Assembly (NCBI GenBank): GCA_029059705.1
Contig: JAIDVM010000041.1
Coordinates: forward strand, 26,754 to 90,753
Direction: 5' to 3'
Length of the DNA stretch: 64,000 bases
Source: Clostridia bacterium
GTDB taxonomy: Bacteria > Bacillota > Clostridia > Christensenellales > Borkfalkiaceae
In this document: positions 18,426-27,125 of the stretch, one piece after another
Numbering within the stretch: the stretch's first letter is position 1
Layout of the letters: each line of letters begins with the position of its first letter
The notes under the pieces: model-generated
What the model was told of the DNA's origin: nothing
What the model saw: only the letters and a program-made list of their open reading frames with translations
Database searches by the model: none
Made by a program: the position numbers and the translations under genes

Positions 18426-19170
18426 AATTTTCCACAAAAATTTTAAGCGTTTTGTAACATTTTTTAAGCTTGTGCAGCTTTTCTATAGGGTGGGTCAATA
18501 AATCGGAACCGCACTCTACCGTGTAGGCGGGAATATTGAGGGTTTGTATACACCAGTCCTTATAGCCGCCCGCCGAGCCGAAAATCCGCTTTGCCTCGTA
18601 ACCCGAAGCTTCGTGCAAAATCTGCGCGCCCGTTTTATCCCCTCTGCCGCCGTATTCCCAATAAATTTCCTCGCCCTTGGTGTGAAAGCTTAAAGTAACG
18701 TACGGCTTAACCCTTAAAGTAAAGTCGCGCAATGCTATCGTTTCGGGTTCGGAAAAGGGAAAATCGCCAATGCAGTTTTCGCCGCCCCGTATGCGGGTGT
18801 TTAGTCTGCCGCTGCCCCAGTCGGCGTCGAAATTACAGTTTAAGTCAACGCCGCGCGCGTTTGCCTTCCATAAAGGGCGCGAGGTTTGCGACAAAATTGC
18901 GCCGTCGGGATTTAAAAGAGGAATTATCCAGCCGCCTCCGCGCTTAAAACCGGTTTTTGCGTGTTTTAGCGCAAGACGGGCGGTTATCCACTCCCTTGCG
19001 TGAACCGCATAAACGGCGATAAACTGCCGCCCCGTTAAGTCGCCCGCGTGAAGGGCGTAAATTTCGCGCCCCTGACATGAATAACCTATAACGCACTTTT
19101 TGCCGTGCCAGCTTTGGTAAAACCGCCTTATTTCGTCATATATCACACAATAGAATATGCTATACGACAA
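18394..19170 (-). CDS. M14-family zinc carboxypeptidase (gamma-D-glutamyl-diamino acid peptidase-like), no signal peptide
   Basis: HAREWIT zinc motif and M14-like core. TTG start without a clear RBS, so the start is uncertain. Confidence 0.65.
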   Translation of the reverse strand: MSYSIFYCVIYDEIRRFYQSWHGKKCVIGYSCQGREIYALHAGDLTGRQFIAVYAVHAREWITARLALKHAKTGFKRGGGWIIPLLNPDGAILSQTSRPLWKANARGVDLNCNFDADWGSGRLNTRIRGGENCIGDFPFSEPETIALRDFTLRVKPYVTLSFHTKGEEIYWEYGGRGDKTGAQILHEASGYEAKRIFGSAGGYKDWCIQTLNIPAYTVECGSDLLTHPIEKLHKLKKCYKTLKIFVENYGYKVYEGRP

Positions 19171-19181
19171 AATTTTAGCAA

Positions 19182-19619
19182 TTATTTGTGATATTCGGCG
19201 CCGCCGTTTATCATAAACGCTCTGTAAACCTGCTCTAAAAGTATCACGCGCATGAGCTGGTGCGGAAAGGTCATATCCGAAAAAGAAAGCTTTAAATGCG
19301 CGGCTTTTTTAACGCTTTCGTCCAAGCCGCACGACGAGCCGATTACGAAAGTTATTTCTTCGCCCTTGTCGCAATGCTTTTTCACCTCTTGCGCAAGTCC
19401 TTCGCTTGCGAGCTTCGTTCCCTCTATGCACAGTGCTATTACAAAACCTTTAAGCTGCTTTAACACGTTGGGAGCTTCTTCCTTTAAGCTTTTGCCTTCG
19501 GGCAGCTCCTTAACCTCCACCTTGGCAAAGCGCGAAAGCCTTTTTAAATATTCCGCGGCGGCGGCACGGAAAAACTCTTCCTTGATTTTGCCGACGCAGA
19601 CTATATTTACCTTTTGCAT
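19182..19619 (-). CDS. rlmH: 23S rRNA (pseudouridine1915-N3)-methyltransferase
   Basis: SPOUT family pattern MQKVNIVCVGKIKE...LSFSDMTFPHQLMRVILLEQVYRA. ATG at 19619 overlaps the upstream stop as TAATG. Confidence 0.9.
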   Translation of the reverse strand: MQKVNIVCVGKIKEEFFRAAAAEYLKRLSRFAKVEVKELPEGKSLKEEAPNVLKQLKGFVIALCIEGTKLASEGLAQEVKKHCDKGEEITFVIGSSCGLDESVKKAAHLKLSFSDMTFPHQLMRVILLEQVYRAFMINGGAEYHK

Positions 19620-20554
19620 TAAGCCACCCCCGCGAACGAGCAAATCCAAAGCACCGCAAAAAAGATTATGCCGAGCGCGGCGAACAAAAAGAAATTTTTT
19701 ATTGCGCCTTTTTCACATTTTAAAACGGGCTTTTTATCGAAAATAAGCCAGATTATTCCGCCGACGAAACAAGCCGCGCCAACTATGACGAGCGCTAAAT
19801 CCGCCTCAAAAGAAATTGCAAGGTTGCCGCCCGCGTCCAAAAGTCCGCAAGCCGCAAAAACGACGATTATACCGTTGTTGATAAAGTGCATTAGCACGGT
19901 GGGCAGAATGGAGCCCGCCCTTACCGCGACGAACGCGAACGCGCAGCCCGCTATAAACTGGTAAACGGTTTGTTCGGGCGAGCCGTGAAAGAGCGAAAAG
20001 CAAAACCCGACGACAAACACCGTTCTTATGGTGCCCATACTGCTATGGCATGAGTTTAAAATTACGCCGCGGAAGAGAGCTTCTTCGCATAAAGCGGGCA
20101 AAACGGCGATTACCAAAAGCGCGGGAACGACGAGCCCGCCCGTTAAATCGGGAAGATAGCCCTCTCTTTCCACGTAGTTGGGGTTGATTAATTTAACCAG
20201 CTTCAAAGCGTATTCGTTTAAGTGCCCCAAAGAGAACACCAGCCCGAAAACGAGCATTAACGCGATTAAGAAATATTTGGGGTGACACTTTACGGGAAAG
20301 GTTTCGCGCAGGTTCAGCTTTTTATATTTTACCGTTACCGCCACTCCGACAGCCACGGCGAGCTGCGCGAAAATATAATTTATATAAATGTAACCGTCGG
20401 TACCCTTTTCAAGCTTGGCTGCGGCGATAATCAGCCCCGCAATCAGCGACATAACAAGATAAGTTACCGTGCTTAAGCTGAACGCAAAGCCGCCCGTTTG
20501 CGCCTTTAACGCGGGATTGACTTGCTGCATTTCTTCCCGATTTTCGTTTTCCAT
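19619..20554 (-). CDS. CPBP family intramembrane glutamic endopeptidase
   Basis: EEALFRG motif, FxxxH (SLFHG) and HFINN motifs; multi-TM. Confidence 0.85.
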   Translation of the reverse strand: MENENREEMQQVNPALKAQTGGFAFSLSTVTYLVMSLIAGLIIAAAKLEKGTDGYIYINYIFAQLAVAVGVAVTVKYKKLNLRETFPVKCHPKYFLIALMLVFGLVFSLGHLNEYALKLVKLINPNYVEREGYLPDLTGGLVVPALLVIAVLPALCEEALFRGVILNSCHSSMGTIRTVFVVGFCFSLFHGSPEQTVYQFIAGCAFAFVAVRAGSILPTVLMHFINNGIIVVFAACGLLDAGGNLAISFEADLALVIVGAACFVGGIIWLIFDKKPVLKCEKGAIKNFFLFAALGIIFFAVLWICSFAGVA

Positions 20555-20631
20555 ACACAGATTATAGCTTAAATTTGCGATTAAGTAAAATATTTATTTA
20601 CTTTTGCGGGAAAATATTATAAAATTACGGT

Positions 20632-21471
20632 ATGCGAAAGATAAACACGGCTTTGATAGAACAAAAAGTTTACGAAATGGCTTTAAAAGCAGGGGTTAAT
20701 CTTACCCCCGCGTGCAAGGCGGCGCTTTTAAAGGCGCGCGACAGCGAAAGCCGCGAGGCAACTAAATTTGCGCTGGAAACGCTGATTGAAAACAGCGAAA
20801 CCGCCGCAAAGGAAAACATGCCCGTATGTCAGGACACGGGTATGTCCGTCGTATATCTTGAAATAGGGCAAGACGTGTTTTTGGAAGGCAAGCTCCTTTT
20901 TAAAGCGGTAAATGACGGCGTGCGCAGAGCTTATGCCGACGGTTATTTCAGAAAGTCGGTATGCGACCCGCTTACGCGCCGAAACACGGGCGACAACACC
21001 CCCGCCGTTATTCACACCGAAATAGTTGCGGGCGATAAGATTAACATAACCTATATGCCCAAAGGGTTCGGCAGCGAAAACATGTCGCGGCTTTTTATGC
21101 TTAAACCCGCGCAAGGCATAGAGGGCGCTATTGAAGCGGTTGTTGAAACGGTTAAGCTTGCGGGCTCGCGCCCCTGCCCTCCCGTTTACGTGGGAGTGGG
21201 CATAGGCGGAACGTTCGACACCTGCGCGTGGCTTGCCAAAAAGGCGCTTATGCGCGACGTGGGAGAGCCGAACGGCAACCCCGCCGTTGCGGAAATTGAA
21301 AAGCTTGCGCTGCGAAAAATAAACGGCCTTGACATAGGCTGCCAAGGCTTCCACGGCAAAACGACCGCGTTGGGCGTTGCGTGCGAGGTTGCGCCTACGC
21401 ACATTGCGGGGCTGCCGGTTGCGGTGAATATTCAATGCCATTGTGTGCGGTGCGTTAAGGAGGTTTTATGA
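20632..21471 (+). CDS. Fe-S type hydro-lyase alpha subunit (class I fumarate hydratase / tartrate dehydratase)
   Basis: CQDTG motif and family-typical length. ATGA overlap with the beta subunit. Confidence 0.88.
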   Translation: MRKINTALIEQKVYEMALKAGVNLTPACKAALLKARDSESREATKFALETLIENSETAAKENMPVCQDTGMSVVYLEIGQDVFLEGKLLFKAVNDGVRRAYADGYFRKSVCDPLTRRNTGDNTPAVIHTEIVAGDKINITYMPKGFGSENMSRLFMLKPAQGIEGAIEAVVETVKLAGSRPCPPVYVGVGIGGTFDTCAWLAKKALMRDVGEPNGNPAVAEIEKLALRKINGLDIGCQGFHGKTTALGVACEVAPTHIAGLPVAVNIQCHCVRCVKEVL

Positions 21472-21986
21472 AAAAGCTGACTTTGCCCCTTTCGAAAGAG
21501 CAAATAAAAGATTTACACGCGGGCGACAGCGTGCTTTTATCGGGCGTAATTTTAACCGCACGCGACTGCGCGCACAAAAGAATTTTCGAACACCTCGACA
21601 ACGCTACGCCATTACCGTTTGAATTAAAAGACGCTTACATTTATTATGCGGGCCCCTGCCCCGCTAAACCCGACAAAGCTTCGGGGAGCTGCGGACCGAC
21701 CACTTCGGCAAGAATGGACAGCTTTGCGCCCCGCCTTTTAAATTGCGGACTTGGCGGAATTATCGGTAAAGGCGAAATGAGCGAAAACGTCCGCGAGGCG
21801 TTAAAGGCGAACACCTCCCTCTATTTTGCGGCTATCGGCGGCGCGGGCGCGCTTTACGGCAACGCCATTAAAAAGAGCGAGTGCATCGCCTTCCCCGAGC
21901 TTTTGTCCGAAGCTGTTCACCGTTTGGAAGTTGAAAACTTCCCCGTTATAGTCGCTTACGACTGCCACGGCGGGTCGATTTATTAA
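21468..21986 (+). CDS. Fe-S type hydro-lyase beta subunit
   Basis: YYAGPCPAKP and GPTTSARMD motifs; coupled to the alpha subunit. Confidence 0.88.
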   Translation: MKKLTLPLSKEQIKDLHAGDSVLLSGVILTARDCAHKRIFEHLDNATPLPFELKDAYIYYAGPCPAKPDKASGSCGPTTSARMDSFAPRLLNCGLGGIIGKGEMSENVREALKANTSLYFAAIGGAGALYGNAIKKSECIAFPELLSEAVHRLEVENFPVIVAYDCHGGSIY

Positions 21987-22002
21987 ATTGTTTGAAAATC
22001 GT

Positions 22003-22047
22003 TTGACTTTAAAAGTTTGACGAATTATAATCTTATTAAATTATAAT
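22003..22047 (+). promoter_or_regulatory. Tandem promoters of the pheST leader
   Basis: P1 is TTGACT (22003-08), 17 nt, TATAAT (22026-31). P2 is TTGACG (22017-22), 19 nt, TATAAT (22042-47). Confidence 0.55.
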
Positions 22048-22055
22048 CTTATTAA
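22024..22055 (+). repeat. Perfect tandem duplication of a 16-nt unit ATTATAATCTTATTAA
   Basis: Copies at 22024-22039 and 22040-22055. The duplication doubles the -10 box. Confidence 0.9.
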
Positions 22056-22059
22056 TTTT

Positions 22060-22305
22060 AAAGGCTGTGACCAAGACAGACGCTTTTAAAAATTCTTTTC
22101 AGAGAGGGAAACCCGAAAACGGCTGAAAGATTTCCCATTGAATTAAAGCGTTATTCACTTGCGAGCCGACGGGTGAAATTTTTTTAAAGTAGTCCGCTCC
22201 GCTTATCCGCGTTAAAGATGCAATTAAGGCGGCTTTTGCCGCGAAAACAGGTGGTACCGCGAAAATTTTCGCCCTGTGCTTTTGCACGGGGCTTTTATTT
22301 TTATT
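22060..22305 (+). promoter_or_regulatory. T-box riboswitch leader, Phe specifier (UUC)
   Basis: Stem I AGAGAG and GGCTGAAAG elements. Specifier-like TTC-A at 22154-22157. Conserved T-box GGTGGTACCGCG at 22249-22260. Terminator GCCCTGTGC/GCACGGGGC plus T-run at 22271-22305. Directly upstream of pheS. Confidence 0.85.
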
Positions 22306-22351
22306 ATATATTGCAGCGCAAGCAAAACCACGCTTTATTGAAGGAGTTTAT

Positions 22352-23374
22352 ATGAAGGACAAGATTAAGGAAATCGAGGAACAGATTAACGCCGCCGTCA
22401 GCGACATTCAGACGAGCAAAAATCTAATGGAAATAAAGATGAAATTCCTCGGAAAAACGGGCGAGATTTCTGCGCTTATGAAAAACATGCGCGACGTGCC
22501 CGCCGAAGAGCGCCCCTCACTCGGCAAAATTTTAAACGCTTTAAGGCAGCGCGCCGAAGAACGCTTTGCGAGCCTTGAAGAAAAAATTAAAAAAGCCGAG
22601 CTGAAAAAACGCTACGCCGAGGAAAAAATCGACGTAACGCTGCCAGGCAAAGATATGCCCGACGGCGCATACCACCCCAACACGCTTGTGCGGCAGGAGC
22701 TTATTTCAATTTTTTCGGGAATGGGCTTCGAGGTGTTCGAAGGCCCCGAAATAGAAAACGATTATTATAACTTTACGGCTTTGAACACTCCCGCCGACCA
22801 CCCCGCGCGCGACATGCAGGACACCTTTTATCTTTCACCCGACCTTTTGCTAAGAACGCAGACCTCGGCGGGGCAGATAAGGGTTATGGAAAACAAAAAG
22901 CCGCCCATTAAAATCCTTTCCCCGGGAAAGGTTTACCGCAGCGACGACGACGCGACGCACTCGCCAATGTTTTCGCAGATGGAAGGGCTTGTGGTGGACA
23001 AGGGAATTACGCTTTGCGACCTTAAAGGCATGCTTGACGAATTTGCAAAGAAAATTTTCGGCAGCGGAGTTAAAACGAGGCTGCGCCCCTCCTACTTCCC
23101 ATTTACCGAACCTTCGGTTGAAGTTGACGTGAGCTGCTTCGAGTGCGGCGGCAAGGGTTGCAGGCTTTGCAAGGGCACGGGCTGGATTGAAGTTTTGGGC
23201 GCGGGCATGGTGAACAGGCGCGTTTTGGAAGGCTGCGGCATAGACCCCGACGTTTACACGGGGTTTGCCTTCGGTATGGGCATAGAACGAATTGCCATGC
23301 TGAAATACGGCATTAACAACATGAAGCTCCTTTTCGAAGGCGACGTCAGATTTTTAAAACAGTTTAAAGGTTGA
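22352..23374 (+). CDS. pheS: Phenylalanine--tRNA ligase alpha subunit
   Basis: Class II aaRS motifs ([17 protein letters not shown]); 340 aa. Confidence 0.96.
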   Translation: MKDKIKEIEEQINAAVSDIQTSKNLMEIKMKFLGKTGEISALMKNMRDVPAEERPSLGKILNALRQRAEERFASLEEKIKKAELKKRYAEEKIDVTLPGKDMPDGAYHPNTLVRQELISIFSGMGFEVFEGPEIENDYYNFTALNTPADHPARDMQDTFYLSPDLLLRTQTSAGQIRVMENKKPPIKILSPGKVYRSDDDATHSPMFSQMEGLVVDKGITLCDLKGMLDEFAKKIFGSGVKTRLRPSYFPFTEPSVEVDVSCFECGGKGCRLCKGTGWIEVLGAGMVNRRVLEGCGIDPDVYTGFAFGMGIERIAMLKYGINNMKLLFEGDVRFLKQFKG

Positions 23375-23385
23375 GGTGAGAAAAA

Positions 23386-25797
23386 ATGAAAGCGCCGTTA
23401 AGTTGGCTTAAAGATTATGTAGACATAGACGTAACCGCGGAGGAATTGCAAAAAAAATTGTTTTCCTGCGGGTTCGAGGTTGAAGAATTAATTGATATCG
23501 GTAAAGATATTTCGGGCGTTGTAGTGGGCGAAGTTATTGAATGCGAGCCCGTGCCCGAAACGCACCTGCACGTTTGCAAGGTGGATTGCGGCGAAAAAGG
23601 AATTTTTCAGATTTGCTGCGGCGCGGACAACGTTAAAAAGGGAATTAAAGCCCCCTGCGCTCTCGTCGGCGCAACCGTTTACGCAACGGCAAAAGACCAC
23701 GTTACCGTCGAGGGCGTGGTTACCATTAAAAAAGGTAAGCTACGTGGCATAGAATCGTTCGGCATGCTATGTTCGGGCGCGGAGCTGGGCGTGAACGGCG
23801 ACATGTTCGAAGGCGGCGATTATTGCGGGCTTTTGCTCCTCCCCCAAAGCTGCAAAAACGGCGAGGACGTTAAGCATATTTTAGGGCTGGACGATTATAT
23901 TTTTGATATAAGCGTAACGGCAAACCGCCCCGACTGCCAAAGCATTTTGGGAATTGCGCGCGAGGTTGCCGCCGTGCTCGGCAAAAAGGTAAAAGAGCCC
24001 GATTATAAATTTAAAACCGTAAAGGGCAAGGACGAAAAAATTAAGGTCAGTATTCTTGCGCCCGAGCTTTGCCCCCGCTATATAGGGCACTACGTTAAGG
24101 ACGTTAAGATTGCGCCCTCCCCCCAATGGCTTAAAAAGAAGCTTGCGCTGTGCGGGTTGCGCTCGATTAACAACGTTGTTGACATTACGAACTTTATTTT
24201 ATTAGAACTCGGGCAGCCCATGCACGCGTTTGATTTGCGTTCGCTCACTGGCAGGGAAATAGTTGTGCGCCGCGCGAAAAACGGCGAAAAGATAACGACT
24301 TTGGACGGCAACAAATTTGACTTAAACAGCGAAAACCTTGTGATATGCGACGGGCAAAAGCCCTGCGCGCTTGCGGGAATTATGGGCGGACTGAACAGCG
24401 AAATCGAGGACGACACTAAGGAAGTCTTCTTCGAATCCGCCAAATTTGCTCGCGACAGCGTGAGAAAGACGGCGCGCGCTTTGGGGCAGCATTCCGACAG
24501 CTCGGCGCTGTTTGAAAAGGGCGTAAACGAATACACCGCAGAAAAGGCTATTTGCCGCGCTTTAAACCTTATTTGCGCGCTTAACTGCGGCACGGTAACC
24601 GAGGTTCACGCTGACGAAACTACGACATATTCCCGCACCAACGAGAAAAACATGACCGTGAGCGTTGCAAAAATCAACGCGCTTTTGGGCATAACCGTAC
24701 CCGCCGCAGAAATGGTTAAAATTTTGAAGAGCCTTAACTTTAAAGCGGAAGTAAACGGCGACGAAATGAGGCTTGTCGTGCCCCGCTACCGCGAGGACAT
24801 AGACGGTTATCCCGATATTGCCGAAGAAATTATAAGGTTTTACGGCTACGACCGCATAAACGGCACTTTTATGCCGTCGGCGGCGATTACAAACGGCGGA
24901 TATTCCGAGGAGCAAAAGGCAGAAAACAAGCTTAAAAGTCTGCTTGTCGCAAAGGGGCTTTACGAAATTTCGACCTATTCCTTCTACTCGCAAAAGGATT
25001 TGGACATGCTGCACATTCCCGCAGACGCACCCGAAAGAAAGACGATTAAAATTTTAAACCCGATAAGCGAGGATTTGTCGGTTATGCGCACCACTCTTGC
25101 GCCCTCGATGGTTAACACGGCGGTGAGGAATTTGCGCCGCGGCAATATGGAAGGAAAGCTTTTCGAGCTTGCGAAAATTTATATTGCGGACGAGCTACCC
25201 GTTAAAAATTTCCCCGAAGAAAAGCAGGTTTTAGCGCTTGGGATGTGGGGGAAATACGGATTTTTCGAGATGAAGGGCGTAACCGAAAGCATTGCGGCGG
25301 CGATTAACAATAAGTTCGATTACGAGCCGTTTGAAAAGCCCTTCCTCCACCCCGGAATTACGGCAAAAATTTTGTGCGAGGGCGAGGAAATAGGTTATTT
25401 GGGCATGCTCTCCCCCGCCGTTGCGCAAGAGCTTGCGCTTGACAGAGCGGTCGTTGTGGCGGAAATCGATTATGAAAAAATGCAAAGCCACGCAAAACCC
25501 TTTAAGTACGCGCCGCTTTCGAAATTCCCCGAAATCACGAGGGATTTGGCGTTGACGTGCGACAGAGAAACGACGTGCGCGGAGATTGAAAAGGAAATTT
25601 ATTCGGCTTGCAAATTTGTGAGCGCGGTTAAGCTGTTTGACGTTTACGTCGGCGAACAGGTTGGCGCGGGCAAAAAATCCATGGCGTTTAAAATTACTTT
25701 CACACCGAAGGACGAAGCGCTTGAAGAACGCATTGACGGATTTATAAAGAAAATTTTGAATAACCTTAAATTTAAACTCAACATCGAATTGAGATAA
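23386..25797 (+). CDS. pheT: Phenylalanine--tRNA ligase beta subunit
   Basis: 803 aa; tRNA-binding N-domain, B3/4, B5 and FDX-ACB regions. Confidence 0.96.
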   Translation: MKAPLSWLKDYVDIDVTAEELQKKLFSCGFEVEELIDIGKDISGVVVGEVIECEPVPETHLHVCKVDCGEKGIFQICCGADNVKKGIKAPCALVGATVYATAKDHVTVEGVVTIKKGKLRGIESFGMLCSGAELGVNGDMFEGGDYCGLLLLPQSCKNGEDVKHILGLDDYIFDISVTANRPDCQSILGIAREVAAVLGKKVKEPDYKFKTVKGKDEKIKVSILAPELCPRYIGHYVKDVKIAPSPQWLKKKLALCGLRSINNVVDITNFILLELGQPMHAFDLRSLTGREIVVRRAKNGEKITTLDGNKFDLNSENLVICDGQKPCALAGIMGGLNSEIEDDTKEVFFESAKFARDSVRKTARALGQHSDSSALFEKGVNEYTAEKAICRALNLICALNCGTVTEVHADETTTYSRTNEKNMTVSVAKINALLGITVPAAEMVKILKSLNFKAEVNGDEMRLVVPRYREDIDGYPDIAEEIIRFYGYDRINGTFMPSAAITNGGYSEEQKAENKLKSLLVAKGLYEISTYSFYSQKDLDMLHIPADAPERKTIKILNPISEDLSVMRTTLAPSMVNTAVRNLRRGNMEGKLFELAKIYIADELPVKNFPEEKQVLALGMWGKYGFFEMKGVTESIAAAINNKFDYEPFEKPFLHPGITAKILCEGEEIGYLGMLSPAVAQELALDRAVVVAEIDYEKMQSHAKPFKYAPLSKFPEITRDLALTCDRETTCAEIEKEIYSACKFVSAVKLFDVYVGEQVGAGKKSMAFKITFTPKDEALEERIDGFIKKILNNLKFKLNIELR

Positions 25798-25811
25798 ACG
25801 ACAGACTTTTT

Positions 25812-25848
25812 AAAGGGCGGGCTGCAATTGCAGTCCGCCCTTATTTTA
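25812..25848. terminator. Bidirectional terminator between pheT and yunB
   Basis: AAGGGCGGGCTGCA / TGCAGTCCGCCCTT stem plus ATTTTAT. Confidence 0.75.
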
Positions 25849-25850
25849 TA

Positions 25851-26522
25851 TTAATTTTTCGGTACTAACGCGCCGTTTGAAGAAATTACCGAAGCCTGCA
25901 AATACGTATCGGGGATTTTGCCTGTGATTACGCTTTCGCAAATCAACACCTCAATTGTGGACGCGAGATTAGTGCTTTTTGACGGCATAATTATAGAAAT
26001 ATCGGAGACGATTTCCAGATAAAGCGAATGCTTTGTTTGGTTGATGCCCGCTTCGGTAAATTTTGAAACGAAACGGCACTCGACGTTGCTTATCGGAATT
26101 ATTTTTATATTAATTTTCGAACCGAAGCCCGCCAAAGCCTCCACTCCCGTCAGCGCGCCGATTGGAACCATTATGCCCTCGGCGCTCATTTTCGTAAGAT
26201 TTTCCTGCGAAAGATAAGCGGTGTCGCGGGCAATTTTATTTATTTTTAAGCTGTCGGTGGTTATAGAAGTTACGTTGCCCGCGCCGTCGCGCTCGATTGT
26301 GATTAAATCCTCGTAGCGCATGGCGTCGTTTAACGTGTAATAAATGGCGTCGTTGACAGCCACGGTTGTAATGGAGCGGATTGTAGCTTCGCTTATTGAT
26401 ATCAAAACGCGGGTTACGTTGCTTTGAAAATAGACGAGAACTCCCACGATTAACAGACACGATATAAGCAAAAAGACTTTAAACCGCTTAAATTTTTTGT
26501 TTTTAACGCGCGACTTCGGCAT
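25851..26522 (-). CDS. yunB: Sporulation protein YunB
   Basis: N-terminal TM plus family-like core (...INKIARDTAYLSQENL...VPIGALTG...INIKIIPI...). Recognition is from memory of the family. Confidence 0.7.
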   Translation of the reverse strand: MPKSRVKNKKFKRFKVFLLISCLLIVGVLVYFQSNVTRVLISISEATIRSITTVAVNDAIYYTLNDAMRYEDLITIERDGAGNVTSITTDSLKINKIARDTAYLSQENLTKMSAEGIMVPIGALTGVEALAGFGSKINIKIIPISNVECRFVSKFTEAGINQTKHSLYLEIVSDISIIMPSKSTNLASTIEVLICESVITGKIPDTYLQASVISSNGALVPKN

Positions 26523-26620
26523 ACAATATTTTATTGCGCCCGCGCGGGGAATATTATTTAAAAAAATTTTAATTTAATATGTTTAGCGTTGAATACAGGT
26601 TAAACTCCATAGATTCAAAT

Positions 26621-26791
26621 TTAATAATACCAACATGATTTACCATCAAATTCATATTTCAATTCTGAATTTCTGACGCCAATTTCTTTAGCGGGAACAC
26701 CGCCGTAAATTTTGAAATCTTCCATATTTTTTGTTGCGACTGCGCCACAAGCCAAAACCGAGCCTTCACCGATGATTACATTACGCCATCC
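26621..26791 (-). pseudogene. 3' remnant of a hexapeptide-repeat O-acetyltransferase
   Basis: Manual translation: GWRNVIIGEGSVLACGAVATKNMEDFKIYGGVPAKEIGVRNSELKYEFDGKSCWYY*. This is the typical last ~55 aa of WcaF/WbbJ-like LbH acetyltransferases. It is preceded in frame by TAA TAA and has no start codon. Confidence 0.6.
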
Positions 26792-27125
26792 TTATTAACC
26801 ATATATTTATCAACACCATGATAATATCTTAGAATAAGCCTTTTAAGTCTTGAAAGAATGCCTTTCGATGCTTTATTATTTTGTTCAGCCGAACCGCTGT
26901 TTTGCGTAATTCCTGATTTTTGCAGCTTTTTATACTCTTTTATATTTATGCCGTCAAACAATAAATCGTCAACAAAAAAATGACGCAAACAAAAATTTTC
27001 AGAACTATTAATGATAATACAATGACGGCACCTATAATAGTAACCAAATCCACTATTTGAACCTCTTACCGAAAGGCTGAGTGCCAACGGCACATTATCA
27101 TTTTGTATAAATCATAATACCGATA

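Noticed and set aside
22099-22287. 62-aa minus-strand ORF in the pheS upstream region.
   Set aside because: It lies within the T-box leader, and the structured RNA explains the sequence.
26776-27093. 105-aa ORF at the end of the glycan island as a genuine gene.
   Set aside because: It has no recognisable domain and odd composition. It abuts an out-of-frame acetyltransferase remnant. I treat it as part of a decayed region rather than a confident CDS, and discuss it in the findings.
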